Assembly: GCA_964621305.1 (NCBI GenBank)
Contig: CAZUOM010000002.1
Span: 73,733 to 137,732, forward strand
Source: an uncultured Gammaproteobacteria bacterium
GTDB taxonomy: Bacteria; Patescibacteriota; Microgenomatia; UBA10105; UBA927
Reading direction: 5' to 3'
Length of the DNA: 64,000 nucleotides
Shown: one piece after another, positions 1 through 10,162 of the stretch
Position numbering within the stretch: the stretch's first letter is position 1
Layout: each line of letters begins with the position of its first letter
Translations under genes and position numbers: made by a program
Notes under the pieces: model-generated
The model's input: the letters and a program-made list of their open reading frames with translations, nothing else
Database searches by the model: none
What the model was told of the DNA's origin: nothing

Positions 1-997
1 CCTTCTGAATTTTTATGCCCGTATCCGGGAACAGAATAAGAGTTTTGAGACTTTTTCGTTTGGCAAGAAACCTTCCGAGACCGCTGTAGTCCAGCCTCCT
101 GTCAAATCCGCCGGCGATGAGCGTAGCGACGTCATCACCCAGCGCCTCAAGAGCATAGATGGTTGCCTCCGGGATAGTAGCAAGCGAGTCATTGTAAAAC
201 TTAATTCCCTTAAATTCTCCCACAAACTCCAGCCGGTGCGGGAGCGGTTTAAATTGTCCGATCGCCTGTTCTGTTAGTTTGCGACTCACTCCAAAAAATT
301 GGCCAACAGCAGTTGCGGCCGCAATGTTTTTATTGTCGCCATAAAATGCAACCTTGTTTCCCTTGCTGCTATTGGCAATTTTTGCTGACAGTTTGTTTGT
401 GCGGTCGTAAACAACAACGTCTTTTACCGTTTGGAATTTGACGATATTAGCTTTAGCAGCAACATACTGGTCAAAAGAAGAGTAATAATCCAGGTGTTCA
501 GGAAAAACATTGAGGACAACGGCAACATGGGGACTAAACTTAATATCGGCGAGTTGATGGCTAGATAGTTCTATGACGAATACCGTTTTTTGGGTCGCGG
601 CGCCTAGGTGGTCAAGCGCCGGGTTGCCGATGTTGCCGACGAGCCGCACATCGGCAAATTTCTGCTTGAGGATATCGGCAATAAGAGCTGATGTTGTACT
701 TTTTCCCTTGGTGCCAGTGACGCCGACGGTGACTCCCCGACACAGAGAAAAAAAGATGTTTACTGCTGTGGTGACAAATGGAGCGCGAACTTTTTCAGGT
801 GGAATTCCGGGGGTGCGCACGACGGTGTCATACAGCTGGAGATTATCTAAATAATTATCGCCGTCTTTTTTATCAGCGATACTTATAGACAGACTTGAAT
901 AGTTCTTGCGCAAAAACCGTTCCACGCTTTGGTTTTCTCGTCCGTAGCCAAGGAGAATTATTTTGTCCCCCCTAATTTCACTTGAGTAGTTTTTCAT
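1..997 (-). CDS. murD: UDP-MurNAc-L-Ala:glutamate ligase (MurD/MurD2-like), 3' end outside window
   Basis: Absent from the ORF track; my translation from ATG 997 gives [24 protein letters not shown]...VRTPGIP...VGVTGTKGKSTT...LVGNIG, which are Mur ligase motifs. Confidence 0.9.
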   Translation of the reverse strand, partial: MKNYSSEIRGDKIILLGYGRENQSVERFLRKNYSSLSISIADKKDGDNYLDNLQLYDTVVRTPGIPPEKVRAPFVTTAVNIFFSLCRGVTVGVTGTKGKSTTSALIADILKQKFADVRLVGNIGNPALDHLGAATQKTVFVIELSSHQLADIKFSPHVAVVLNVFPEHLDYYSSFDQYVAAKANIVKFQTVKDVVVYDRTNKLSAKIANSSKGNKVAFYGDNKNIAAATAVGQFFGVSRKLTEQAIGQFKPLPHRLEFVGEFKGIKFYNDSLATIPEATIYALEALGDDVATLIAGGFDRRLDYSGLGRFLAKRKSLKTLILFPDTGIKIQK

Positions 998-2249
998 ATT
1001 CAGGCGGCAGAAAGTGATTTGTGTTCCAACCAGAAAGGGAATAATTTTCGCCGGCCAACATGGCGACTGCCGCTTGTGCCTCTTCCGGCGCCCCCACGCA
1101 TTCAAATGGCTTCTTGTCCCCTGCTCCGGCCAAATCTAAAAAATGTTGTTGTAGCTCTTTTTTTTCCAAAAAATTGCTGCCGAAAACCGATTTCATTTGA
1201 TAGTTCGAAAGAAATGGGGATAAAATGAGATACACAAAGGCGCACTTGGCGCAGGCTCCGCACCAGTCGCGGCCGCGGAGCTTGTTGCAACTTGCAAAAA
1301 CCGGGTGATATTTTGGCATTTTTGCAAAAATAGAGGCGACTTGGATCTCGGAAAGCGGACGAAGAAAACTGAAGTACTCGGGTTTTCTTAAGGTCTCCCC
1401 CTGCCATGCAGGGAGAGACCTTGTAAAATATTCCCTGAATTTTTTCTCAAACTCATAACTTTTGGAGTACTGGTGGTTGATGATTTTGCCCAGATATTCT
1501 ATGTTTCCCTCTGAAGCACTTGATTCATTTGAGGCAATGACATGTTGAAAACTGTGGAGCTTAGCAACCATTGAGCCGAGGAATGCAAGGTAGGCAGAAA
1601 ACGGCGTATGTCCGTTGAGATATCCTTGATGGTTAAGTTCAAGCAAAGCAGCATCAATTGTTCGCTTAACAATTATCGGATTTTCGTATCCTGCGACCTC
1701 GACAACCCTTATGGCAGCGGGAGTTGGGTTGAGAAGAAGAACGTTTTTTCGAGTCGGCATTTTTTTGAGAAGCTCAATGGTTACCACCGAGTCTTTGCCG
1801 CCACTGGCGAGGATGAGATCACCACGAGAAGCAGGGCTAGTAACACGAGCAGGGCTAGTAACACGAGAAACGCTGGAAATAGTAAGAAAGCCAGAACCGG
1901 TAAAGTCGATCGCGTTTTTGTAGAAAAATTCACCGAGGCCGTTTATGAATAAATCGTGCCACCAATCAATTTGTTCAGGGGTCAAACTCCCCGCTTTGAC
2001 AATCAACTCCGGCGGGCAGGCGGCTTTCCAGTAGCTGATTGCCTCTACCATGCCGAGGTTGAAAACCAACGGGTCGATAAGTGATCGATTGATTTCTCCC
2101 CTAACCGGAATTGTTATTTCCGGAGAAAATCGAATATCTGGTTCGAGAAGAAAATAGAATCGGACAACTAGTTTCTCGTTGGCTTCAGAAATCTCGTAGG
2201 ATTGGTAGACCAACCGAGGATGTTTAGCGCGCAATTTTTCGACATTCAT
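978..2249 (-). CDS. murL: UDP-MurNAc-L-Ala-L-Glu epimerase (MurL-like)
   Basis: Motifs [36 protein letters not shown]; overlaps murD; start placed at ATG 2249, 7 nt after TATAAT. Confidence 0.8.
   Translation of the reverse strand: MNVEKLRAKHPRLVYQSYEISEANEKLVVRFYFLLEPDIRFSPEITIPVRGEINRSLIDPLVFNLGMVEAISYWKAACPPELIVKAGSLTPEQIDWWHDLFINGLGEFFYKNAIDFTGSGFLTISSVSRVTSPARVTSPASRGDLILASGGKDSVVTIELLKKMPTRKNVLLLNPTPAAIRVVEVAGYENPIIVKRTIDAALLELNHQGYLNGHTPFSAYLAFLGSMVAKLHSFQHVIASNESSASEGNIEYLGKIINHQYSKSYEFEKKFREYFTRSLPAWQGETLRKPEYFSFLRPLSEIQVASIFAKMPKYHPVFASCNKLRGRDWCGACAKCAFVYLILSPFLSNYQMKSVFGSNFLEKKELQQHFLDLAGAGDKKPFECVGAPEEAQAAVAMLAGENYSLSGWNTNHFLPPEYEKLLK
1390..1422. repeat. In-frame 33-nt palindrome inside murL
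   Basis: AAGGTCTCCCCCTGC-CAT-GCAGGGAGAGACCTT, 14/15 bp arms. Confidence 0.85.
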
Positions 2250-2285
2250 CTTGCGTATTATACCATCGACCTCTATAATAGACGC

Positions 2286-2423
2286 ATGCCGAAGCGAATA
2301 TATCAACCCAAAAAGAAAAAGCGAGCGCAAAAGCACGGGTTCCGGCAGCGGATGGCATCCCGAGGAGGCCGAAAAGTGCTGGCGCGCCGCCGCCTCGCGG
2401 GCCGAAGAAGGTTAACTGTATGA
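2286..2423 (+). CDS. rpmH: 50S ribosomal protein L34
   Basis: [23 protein letters not shown]...GRKVLARRR. Confidence 0.97.
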   Translation: MPKRIYQPKKKKRAQKHGFRQRMASRGGRKVLARRRLAGRRRLTV

Positions 2424-2662
2424 AAATTCACCACTATACCGCAGTTTTTCAAAAAGAACCGACCGGAGGATATACTGTCATTGTCCCTTCGCTGCCGGGA
2501 TGTGTGACGTGGGGGAAAACCACGGAAGATGCTATTGCTGCAGGAAAAGAAGCAATCGAATCATATCTGGGGAGCTTGGCAAAAGATAAACAAAATCCTC
2601 CGCCGGACATCAGTTTTGTTTCGACCATTGATGTTCCCCCGTCTGCAGCGGCATATGCCTAA
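2420..2662 (+). CDS. hicB: HicB-family antitoxin
   Basis: [19 protein letters not shown]...A..AI. Confidence 0.9.
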   Translation: MKIHHYTAVFQKEPTGGYTVIVPSLPGCVTWGKTTEDAIAAGKEAIESYLGSLAKDKQNPPPDISFVSTIDVPPSAAAYA

Positions 2663-2879
2663 ATTGCCATCGTATAAACCCCGCGACGTAGTAAAGAAGC
2701 TAGAAAAATTAGGATTTATCAAGCATCACCAAGTTGGCAGTCACCTGACCATGCGTCACCCTACAACTTATCAACGAGCAGTTATACCGCTTCACTTGAA
2801 AGATATAGCAAAGGGCACGCTTCTTTCTTTGCTTCGGGAAGCAGGTATTGACCGAGATACCTTTATTGCAACTAAGTAA
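2655..2879 (+). CDS. hicA: HicA-family toxin
   Basis: LEKLGF...GSH...VIPLH..DI.KGTL.SLLREAGI; ATG 2655. Confidence 0.9.
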   Translation: MPKLPSYKPRDVVKKLEKLGFIKHHQVGSHLTMRHPTTYQRAVIPLHLKDIAKGTLLSLLREAGIDRDTFIATK

Positions 2880-2881
2880 TT

Positions 2882-3232
2882 ATGTTATCGCGGCCACATC
2901 GTCTTCCCGCTTCTGAGATAAAGAATATTCTTCGGAGTAAAGAAAGATTCTCCAGCAGAGAGTTCCATATTGTGTTTGCCAAAAACAATCTGACTGTTTC
3001 CCGTTTCGCCGTAGTTGTTTCAAACAAAATTGATAAGCGCGCAACCGTACGAAATCGCACCAAGCGCCTCATCCGTGAGTCGGCGCGGCATCTGCTTCCG
3101 CGTCTCGTAAGAGGCCGGGATGTCGTGATCATTGCAAAAAAAGCGCTTGGGGAGATTGGTCAGTCGCAGGCGCAAAAAATTGTCCAAGAAGCCTTTTCCC
3201 GTGGCAGTCTTTTCAACAATGCAACAATGTAA
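2882..3232 (+). CDS. rnpA: Ribonuclease P protein component
   Basis: [26 protein letters not shown]; synteny with rpmH. Confidence 0.95.
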   Translation: MLSRPHRLPASEIKNILRSKERFSSREFHIVFAKNNLTVSRFAVVVSNKIDKRATVRNRTKRLIRESARHLLPRLVRGRDVVIIAKKALGEIGQSQAQKIVQEAFSRGSLFNNATM

Positions 3233-3234
3233 CA

Positions 3235-3477
3235 ATGAAACAATTTGTTCTTTCATCGATCCGCTTCTACCAGCGCTACCTATCTTTTGATACGGGACTG
3301 CTTAAGTTTTTGTTTCTGACCGATAAAGCCTGCAGGTTTACACCCAGATGCAGTCAGTACACACATGAAGCAATCAGCCGCTATGGTATAATCATGGGAT
3401 TGACCTTGGGAGTGAGACGTATTCTTCGTTGTCATCCCTGGAATAAAGGCGGATACGATCCCGTGCCAAAAGTATGA
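3235..3477 (+). CDS. yidD: Membrane protein insertion efficiency factor
   Basis: [10 protein letters not shown]...[15 protein letters not shown]. Confidence 0.95.
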   Translation: MKQFVLSSIRFYQRYLSFDTGLLKFLFLTDKACRFTPRCSQYTHEAISRYGIIMGLTLGVRRILRCHPWNKGGYDPVPKV

Positions 3478-4292
3478 CTGATCCAAACCTCTGGAACCAA
3501 CTGCTTATCTGGCCGATTGTTAATCTGTTGGTGGCCTTTTATAAATTGTTTGAGCTTTTGCACATTCCCGGCCCGTTGGGATGGGCAATCATACTTATGA
3601 CGATTGCCATTCGGCTTCTCCTTTATCCCCTCATGGAAAAGCAGCTTGCTTCAGCCAAAAAGATGGCGTCGCTCAAGCCCCACATGGATGCACTTTCCGC
3701 AAGACACAAAGACGATAAAAAGGCCCTCCAACAAGCACAACTTGCGCTTTATAAAGAGCACGGGGTAAATCCTGCCGCCGGATGTCTCCCTCTCCTGATT
3801 CAAATGCCGGTTTTGATTGCCCTCTACAACGTGTTTTATCAAATATTAAGCAACGGAAATTTGGAAAAAATGGTGGAAACCATCAATCAAGTTGTCTATC
3901 TGCCGCTATTGAAGCTGACGTCGCTTGACCCGACGTTTTTCGGAGTCAATCTCGGCATCAAACCTGAGCAGTGGCAGACACATGGCGTATGGCTTCTTTC
4001 CGTGCCGGTTATAACCGGCGCCCTCCAGTGGTGGCAATCTAAGTTGATGATCCCTCCTTCGTCGGGACAAGTGCCAAGCACTGCGTTAGCCAGCAATAAA
4101 GAAGAAAAGAAGCCGGAAGATACGGCGATGGAGATGCAAAAGCAGATGGCCATAATCATGCCCCTCATGTTTGGCTACTTCTCGCTTCAGTTTCAGTTGG
4201 GCCTGGCGCTTTACTGGAATATGTTTGGAGCGCTTGGTATTATTCAGCAATTGTCTGTGAACAGACAAAACACGGAATATGGAAGCAATTGA
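3474..4292 (+). CDS. yidC: YidC/Oxa1 membrane insertase
   Basis: [34 protein letters not shown]. Confidence 0.95.
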   Translation: MTDPNLWNQLLIWPIVNLLVAFYKLFELLHIPGPLGWAIILMTIAIRLLLYPLMEKQLASAKKMASLKPHMDALSARHKDDKKALQQAQLALYKEHGVNPAAGCLPLLIQMPVLIALYNVFYQILSNGNLEKMVETINQVVYLPLLKLTSLDPTFFGVNLGIKPEQWQTHGVWLLSVPVITGALQWWQSKLMIPPSSGQVPSTALASNKEEKKPEDTAMEMQKQMAIIMPLMFGYFSLQFQLGLALYWNMFGALGIIQQLSVNRQNTEYGSN

Positions 4293-4734
4293 TCAAGTTA
4301 AACAACTGACCGAAGATTTGCTTAAGCGCTTGGGAGTAAGCGGCACGGTTAGTGTGGACACTGACGAGGCCGGAGCCTACCGCGTTCACATTGAGACAGA
4401 AGAGACGGGTCTTCTTATTGGTTTCCACGGCAGAACGCTTGAGAGTTTTCAGATTATTTTAAGCATTCTCGTTTCCAAAAAACTAGACTCTTGGGTTAAA
4501 ACTTACGTTAATGTTGGCGATTATCGCGAGAAGCGCGAAGAAGCGCTCATGATAATGGCCCAGCGGGCCGCCGAGCGCGCGCTCTCCCTCAACCGTCCGG
4601 TGGAGCTTTCCCGTCTCTCCCCTTCCGAGCGGCGCGTCATTCACCTGACACTTTCAGGCGACGAGCGCATTGAGACAGAATCAGTGGGAGAAGGCAACAG
4701 TCGGACGCTTCTCGTCAAGCCGCGAACGCCATGA
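4279..4734 (+). CDS. jag: Short Jag/KhpB protein (KH + R3H)
   Basis: GLLIGFHGRTLESFQ, ERRVIH, TESVGEG; follows yidC. Confidence 0.9.
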   Translation: MEAIDQVKQLTEDLLKRLGVSGTVSVDTDEAGAYRVHIETEETGLLIGFHGRTLESFQIILSILVSKKLDSWVKTYVNVGDYREKREEALMIMAQRAAERALSLNRPVELSRLSPSERRVIHLTLSGDERIETESVGEGNSRTLLVKPRTP

Positions 4735-5291
4735 AAATAGGTCTCCTCGGCGGCGTTTTTAATCCTCCGCACGTCGGACATCTCATTATCGCCCAGCAGG
4801 TTTTAGATTTTACAGACATTGAAGAGATTTGGTTTGTCCCCAATTACGGCCAGCTTCCCCCCAAGCCCAACATTGCTTCCTCGGTTGATCGGTTGGCTAT
4901 GACGAAATTTTTGGTGTTGCCGAGGACGCGAATTTCGACGCTTGAAATCGACCATAAACTTGACGGTAACACTATTAATCTTCTCCCTTATTTACCCAAA
5001 GAACATTCATATCAATTTATCATGGGCAGCGACTGGTTATCGTATTTTAGGCAGTGGGGTCAATGGGAAGAGCTTATTGAACAATTGCCCTTTCTTGTGT
5101 TTCCCCGTAGCGGCCACCCCATGGAACCGCTGTATAAAAACATGACACCACTCAAACACGAACTGTTAGTCACCACGAACATTTCCGCGACCAAAATCCG
5201 CGAGCGCATAAGACGAGGGTTGCCCATCGACCAGTTGGTGCCGCGGGAGATTGCCGAATATATAAAGAGGCATGGATTATATTTGACTTGA
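4731..5291 (+). CDS. nadD: Nicotinate-nucleotide adenylyltransferase
   Basis: GGVFNPPHVGH, IMGSD, ISATKIR. Confidence 0.92.
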   Translation: MKIGLLGGVFNPPHVGHLIIAQQVLDFTDIEEIWFVPNYGQLPPKPNIASSVDRLAMTKFLVLPRTRISTLEIDHKLDGNTINLLPYLPKEHSYQFIMGSDWLSYFRQWGQWEELIEQLPFLVFPRSGHPMEPLYKNMTPLKHELLVTTNISATKIRERIRRGLPIDQLVPREIAEYIKRHGLYLT

Positions 5292-5316
5292 AACGGCAAT
5301 TTGCTACACTGGCATC

Positions 5317-5649
5317 ATGCATTTGCCCGCTTTTCTTCAGCCTTCTCTTTGGAGTTATGATTTATCAACAATAGATCCAGAGAAAAGCGCTCACTTTATT
5401 ATCTCGCAGGTGTTAAATTACGGCGACGAGCGGCAGCTTAAATGGCTCTTTTCCCATTACGGAAAAGACACTGTACAGGAGGTGTTGCTCCATCCGTCGC
5501 GCGGCATTTGGCACCGGGAAAAATTAAGGAAATGGTTGGGAGTTTTTCGTCTGATGATCGACCCCTTAGTGTTTGAATCGGCGATTGTTGACCTCGCGCC
5601 GCGAATCAAACTCCACGAGGCGTTTTTTGAGCGGAAGGAGACTTCTTAA
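5317..5649 (+). CDS. DUF6922-like partner (putative antitoxin) of AbiEii
   Basis: LWSYD...IISQVLNYG...W; directly upstream of the nucleotidyltransferase. Confidence 0.7.
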   Translation: MHLPAFLQPSLWSYDLSTIDPEKSAHFIISQVLNYGDERQLKWLFSHYGKDTVQEVLLHPSRGIWHREKLRKWLGVFRLMIDPLVFESAIVDLAPRIKLHEAFFERKETS

Positions 5650-5655
5650 GCAAGA

Positions 5656-6300
5656 ATGACGTTTCATCCAGACATACTGCACCCGAGACAACAACGCGTG
5701 TTGAGGAAACTGGCTGTTTTTCGCACGTTTGGGTATTACCTCGCGGGTGGGACCGCGCTGGCGTTGCAGCTTGGACACAGAACGTCATTGGATTTTGATT
5801 TTTACAGCAAGGAGAAACTTGAGCGTGAAACGTTCGCGGTTGGCCTCAAGCAATCGTTGTCAACGGTAAAAATATTGCGTCAAACCCATGATGCATTTCA
5901 GGCTGTTACCGAGGGCGTTAACGTGTCCGTGTTTTACTATCCGTATCAACTATTGCATGCGTTGGTTGATTTTCCACCCATTCAGCTTGCTAGCCTTGAG
6001 GATATTGCGGCCATGAAAATCGTGGCCCTCGTGCAAAGGGCTAGACAACGGGATTTTTGGGACGTCTATTATTTGGCAGAGCGCTTGGGAATAGCAAACG
6101 TAATAGCGTCTGCCTACAGGAAATACCCGTGGTATGAAGAGAACAACCAGATCATACTGCGCGCGCTCACCTATTTTGATGATGCGGACACCGATGACGA
6201 GGTCGGGAGAATAACAATTGTTGACAGAAATCTTCGATGGAAAGACGTGAAGGAGAAGATACGGCGTGCGGTGGAAGCATACCGTAAGGAGACAGCGTGA
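5656..6300 (+). CDS. AbiEii/AbiGii nucleotidyltransferase toxin
   Basis: YLAGGTALALQLGHRTSLDFDF, K..A..QR...RDFWD. Confidence 0.88.
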   Translation: MTFHPDILHPRQQRVLRKLAVFRTFGYYLAGGTALALQLGHRTSLDFDFYSKEKLERETFAVGLKQSLSTVKILRQTHDAFQAVTEGVNVSVFYYPYQLLHALVDFPPIQLASLEDIAAMKIVALVQRARQRDFWDVYYLAERLGIANVIASAYRKYPWYEENNQIILRALTYFDDADTDDEVGRITIVDRNLRWKDVKEKIRRAVEAYRKETA

Positions 6301-6313
6301 CGGCAGACGAAGA

Positions 6314-6417
6314 TATATACTGAAAAAACTCAGGTTTGCAATTCGTTTTTCCAGTATATACCCATCTAATCAGCTTTTTCGCCCTAACCGGCTGCAAACC
6401 TGAGTAAGATGGGTATA
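6314..6417 (+). promoter_or_regulatory. Interlocked inverted repeats (kissing loop/pseudoknot) in the nadE leader
   Basis: Stems 6314-6329/6345-6360 (15/16 bp), 6328-6340/6393-6405 (13 bp), 6357-6367/6407-6417 (11 bp). Confidence 0.55.
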
Positions 6418-6419
6418 GC

Positions 6420-7184
6420 ATGATGAGCATAAAGCAAACAGCTGGCCGGCTCGTGGAGTTTTTAAAAGTTTCGTTCCAAGACTCTGGATTTACTCGGGCG
6501 GTCATCGCCCTCTCCGGCGGGGTGGACTCAAGTACTAGCTGCGCGCTGACTGCCCAAACAATCGGAAAAGAAAACGTCTATCCCCTTCTTCTTCCCTACG
6601 GGAACCTCAATAAAAAGAGTATGACCGACGCGTGGTTAGTGACAAAAGTCGTCGGAATTCCGAAAAAAAATGTTACAGAAAAAAATATTGCCCCATTGGT
6701 TGACCCGGTTCTTGCAACAGATCCGACGATGGATAACGTTCGTCGCGGCAACATCATGGCCCGCGTGCGGATGATACTCCTTTATGACTGGGCCAAAAAA
6801 CACAATGCGCTCGTAGTTGGGACGGAAAACAAAACCGAGCATCTCTTGGGATACTTTACTCGCTTCGGTGATGAGGCAAGCGACATTGAGCCGCTGCGGA
6901 GCCTTTACAAAACAGAGGTTTATGAACTTGCAAAATTACTGAAACTGCCGAAAGCAATCTTAACCAAGGCGCCAACCGCTGGTTTATGGGAAGGCCAAAC
7001 AGATGAAGGAGAGTTTGGTTTTACTTACAAAGAAGCGGATGAGATTTTGACCCTGTTGGTTGATAAGGGCCTCGCCATTGCCGATGTCATTCTAAAAGGA
7101 TATGATCGAACCACCGTTGAGAAGGTGGCGACCCGCATGAAAGCTAACAACTTTAAGCACAATCTTCCCCTCGTTCCCCTATGA
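6420..7184 (+). CDS. nadE: NH3-dependent NAD+ synthetase
   Basis: ALSGGVDS, NIMARVRM, GYFTRFGD, PTAGLWEGQTDE. Confidence 0.95.
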   Translation: MMSIKQTAGRLVEFLKVSFQDSGFTRAVIALSGGVDSSTSCALTAQTIGKENVYPLLLPYGNLNKKSMTDAWLVTKVVGIPKKNVTEKNIAPLVDPVLATDPTMDNVRRGNIMARVRMILLYDWAKKHNALVVGTENKTEHLLGYFTRFGDEASDIEPLRSLYKTEVYELAKLLKLPKAILTKAPTAGLWEGQTDEGEFGFTYKEADEILTLLVDKGLAIADVILKGYDRTTVEKVATRMKANNFKHNLPLVPL

Positions 7185-8431
7185 GGTGGCACCAAATATT
7201 TTTTTTCCTCCTTCTTGTTTTTTTACCTACGCAATTGGGTTACCACTTTTGGCCTGACTGGGCGATGGTGTTGGGAAGGAGAGTCGACTACTTATCTCCT
7301 ACCGTTTTCTTGACGGACCTTCTCATTTTGTTAACAGTTGGCAGCTGGTTTTTTACAGAAATATCAAATATCAAAAATCAAAAATCAAAAATACAAATTA
7401 AAAATCAAAAACTTAAGTTACTTTTCTTAGCTGTTGTGTTTGTATTAATCAATATTTTTGTTTCTGAAGAGAGACCGGTTGCTATTTATAAATGGTTGAA
7501 GGTTGCGGAATTTGTTGCGCTGGGATGGTATGTAGTAAAAACAAAGCCACCTTTATCGTTTATCGCTTATCCCATGTCGCTTGGCCTTTTGTATTCATCT
7601 GTTCTGGCCATTGCACAATTTTTGCTCCAGCATTCTATCGGCGGCCCACTGTGGTGGCTTGGCGAAAGAATCTTCAATCTCGATACACCGGGTATTGCAC
7701 GTTTTGGCTGGTTTGGTCGGGAAATTCTCAGACCCTACGCAATGTTTCCACACCCGAACGTATTGGGAGGCTACCTCGCGGCAATTCTGCCGCTCATAAT
7801 TATCCAATTAACCAATAATCCAATTCTCAAATTATCCAATATAAAAAAGACGTTTTACCTTACAACTTTGGCGTTGGGGATGGTTGCGCTTGGGTTGACG
7901 TTTAGCAGGAGCGCAATTACTGTCGGAATATTTGCCATTGGACTAACGCTGTGGCAAACATTCAGAAAAAAAAGATATTTGGTTTTGTTTTTTGCCTTTG
8001 TATTGCTTATTGCTTATTGCTTATTGATTATTGCTCCCAATGGCGAGTCGTTTGTCGTTCGGCAGCAGCTTAACGATGCGGCGATAAAAATTTGGCAGCA
8101 ATCCCCCATTATTGGTGTTGGACTTGGAAACTTTCTTGTTGAGTTGCCAAAAGCACTAACCTCCCGATCCGTGTATTTTTTGCAGCCGGCGCACAACATT
8201 TACATTTTGGTTTTAGCAGAAACAGGTGTCGTTGGATTAATATTGCTTCTTTATTTACTTTGGAGAGTCTTTCGAAAAAGACCATTTGGCATTTATCATT
8301 TGTCATTTGGCATTTTGTTAATTCTGGGTCTCGTCGACCACTATCTCCTCACACTCCAACAAGGGCAATTACTGTTGACGCTTTTTGTTTCTTTGAATCT
8401 CTTCGGCTCACACAATACAATACGCTCATGA
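7181..8431 (+). CDS. O-antigen ligase family membrane protein
   Basis: Multi-TM; HPNVLGGY, TFSRSA, GVGLGNF, HNIYILVLAETG. Confidence 0.85.
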   Translation: MRWHQIFFFLLLVFLPTQLGYHFWPDWAMVLGRRVDYLSPTVFLTDLLILLTVGSWFFTEISNIKNQKSKIQIKNQKLKLLFLAVVFVLINIFVSEERPVAIYKWLKVAEFVALGWYVVKTKPPLSFIAYPMSLGLLYSSVLAIAQFLLQHSIGGPLWWLGERIFNLDTPGIARFGWFGREILRPYAMFPHPNVLGGYLAAILPLIIIQLTNNPILKLSNIKKTFYLTTLALGMVALGLTFSRSAITVGIFAIGLTLWQTFRKKRYLVLFFAFVLLIAYCLLIIAPNGESFVVRQQLNDAAIKIWQQSPIIGVGLGNFLVELPKALTSRSVYFLQPAHNIYILVLAETGVVGLILLLYLLWRVFRKRPFGIYHLSFGILLILGLVDHYLLTLQQGQLLLTLFVSLNLFGSHNTIRS

Positions 8432-9642
8432 TTTCCGTATTCACAAACACCGCTTGGCAGGTGTTGGGAAAAGCAGCAACCGCAGGAACTACCTTTCTTT
8501 TGACCATCCTTATTGCCAGCGCATTTGGCGTGGAGGGCTACGGAGACTTTACCAAAATTACCACCTACGTTGCGCTCTTTTTTCTGCTCGCTGATTTTGG
8601 CCTCAATGCTGTTTATCTGCAGAAATCGACGGACTGGAGAGCCCTGTTGGGATTGCGGATTGTGGCAAGCACACTCCTCACATTTTTTGCAATCGCAACG
8701 CTTTCGTTTTTGCCGCAAGGCACGATCAACGGCTTCACGGGTCTTGTGCGCCTGGGCATTGTCCTCTACTCCCCCGCCATCATCTTTCAGGCGCTCCTTA
8801 TGACAGCCAACGCATATTTTCAAAAAAATTTACGCTACCGGTTTTCAACCGTTGCTGTAGCTAGTGGATCGATTGTTTCGCTTGTCCTCATTTGGATTGC
8901 CTCCGGTATGTTTACACCTGCAGCCGGAACGCTTGCCAGCGTTGTTGCATTGCTCGTTGGGTCGGTCGTGACTGCGGTGATTGCCCTTGCTTTCATTCAA
9001 CGACTCAAACAAAACACCTCTCCCTTGTTCAGTCGTTTTATGGCGCGTGAACTTCTGGTCGGCGCACTTCCCCTTGGGGCAACATTGATTTTTAACGTCG
9101 TGTATTTTCGGATCGACAGCCTGATTATGACCGTATCCAGAACAACTGCGGAAGTTGGCATTTACGGACTTGCATACAAATTTTTTGAACTGCCTGTTGT
9201 TTTGCCCACATTTTTTATGAACACCGTCTATCCGTTGATGCTGACAAGTCAAAAATTAATTTCCGTGGTGAAGCGGTCAGCAGTTGTCTTGCTTATTGCT
9301 TCTCTTTTATCGCTTGTCACACTCTGGCTGGCTGCCCCCCTCCTTTCTCTTATCAAATCCGATTTTGGGGCAAGCGTGCCGGCGCTTCGCGTGCTTTCGC
9401 TGGGGCTGCCTTTTTTCTTTCTTACAAGCCTTACGATGTGGACGATAATTGCACTAAAAAAACAAACAGCACTGGTTTTTATTTACGGGGTGTCGATGAT
9501 CGGCACGATTCTTGCTGACCTTCTGTTTATCCCCACGTTGGGGATGATCGCGGCGGCGTGGATTACGGTTATTTCAGAGGCGGCAGTTTTGTTAATGTCT
9601 GGATTTTTTCTTGTTCGATATTTAAAAAAAATCCAAATATGA
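8428..9642 (+). CDS. Oligosaccharide flippase (Wzx/MOP family)
   Basis: About 12 TM segments; DFGL, YFRID, VGIYGLAYK. Confidence 0.85.
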   Translation: MISVFTNTAWQVLGKAATAGTTFLLTILIASAFGVEGYGDFTKITTYVALFFLLADFGLNAVYLQKSTDWRALLGLRIVASTLLTFFAIATLSFLPQGTINGFTGLVRLGIVLYSPAIIFQALLMTANAYFQKNLRYRFSTVAVASGSIVSLVLIWIASGMFTPAAGTLASVVALLVGSVVTAVIALAFIQRLKQNTSPLFSRFMARELLVGALPLGATLIFNVVYFRIDSLIMTVSRTTAEVGIYGLAYKFFELPVVLPTFFMNTVYPLMLTSQKLISVVKRSAVVLLIASLLSLVTLWLAAPLLSLIKSDFGASVPALRVLSLGLPFFFLTSLTMWTIIALKKQTALVFIYGVSMIGTILADLLFIPTLGMIAAAWITVISEAAVLLMSGFFLVRYLKKIQI

Positions 9643-10100
9643 AATTTATCGTGCATACTGATGGGGGAGCCAGGGGCAATCCTGGCCCAGCGGCAATAGG
9701 GGTCCTTATTGAAATGACCAATGAAAAGAAAAAAATTGTAGAAATTAGCAAAAAAATAGAGGAGGCGACGAATAATGTGGCGGAATACACCGCAGTGCTA
9801 GAGGCACTGCGGAATATCAAATATCAAATATCAAATATCAAATATGAAGAAAGAAAACAAATGCAGATTGCTTTTTTTCTCGATTCGGTGCTGGTTGTTA
9901 ATCAACTCAACGGAAAATTTAAAGTTAAAGATCCGCAATTGAGAGAGCTACTACTGGCGGTCAGACTCCTTGAACAAGAGGTTGGGGGACTGATTAGATA
10001 TGCAGCGGTTCCTCGTGAGCAAAATCAGTGGGCGGACTTTTTGGTAAATAAGGCCCTGGATGGGGATAAACTCATGTCTCTTTCTTCTTTTGCGAAATAA
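9639..10100 (+). CDS. rnhA: Ribonuclease HI family protein
   Basis: TDGGARGNPGPAA, TNNVAEY, DS.LVVNQL.G, REQN..AD.LVN. Confidence 0.92.
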   Translation: MKFIVHTDGGARGNPGPAAIGVLIEMTNEKKKIVEISKKIEEATNNVAEYTAVLEALRNIKYQISNIKYEERKQMQIAFFLDSVLVVNQLNGKFKVKDPQLRELLLAVRLLEQEVGGLIRYAAVPREQNQWADFLVNKALDGDKLMSLSSFAK

Positions 10101-10162
10101 AAGGGAATCTTGACGCTGTTGTTTTCGTATCAGCCTTTTGCCATAATGGGCCAAGACTTCTT

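Noticed and set aside
2250-2285. oriC/dnaA upstream of rpmH
   Set aside because: The divergent gene is murL, the gap is 36 nt and there is no DnaA-box cluster.
6306-6342. nadD ghost after AbiEii (GACGAAGATATA vs GCCGAATATATA)
   Set aside because: Only 10/12 nt match and a 6-nt gap is needed; the region is better described by its inverted repeats.
6314-6417. HDV-like ribozyme
   Set aside because: The nested topology is loosely similar, but helix lengths, L3 and P1.1 do not fit.
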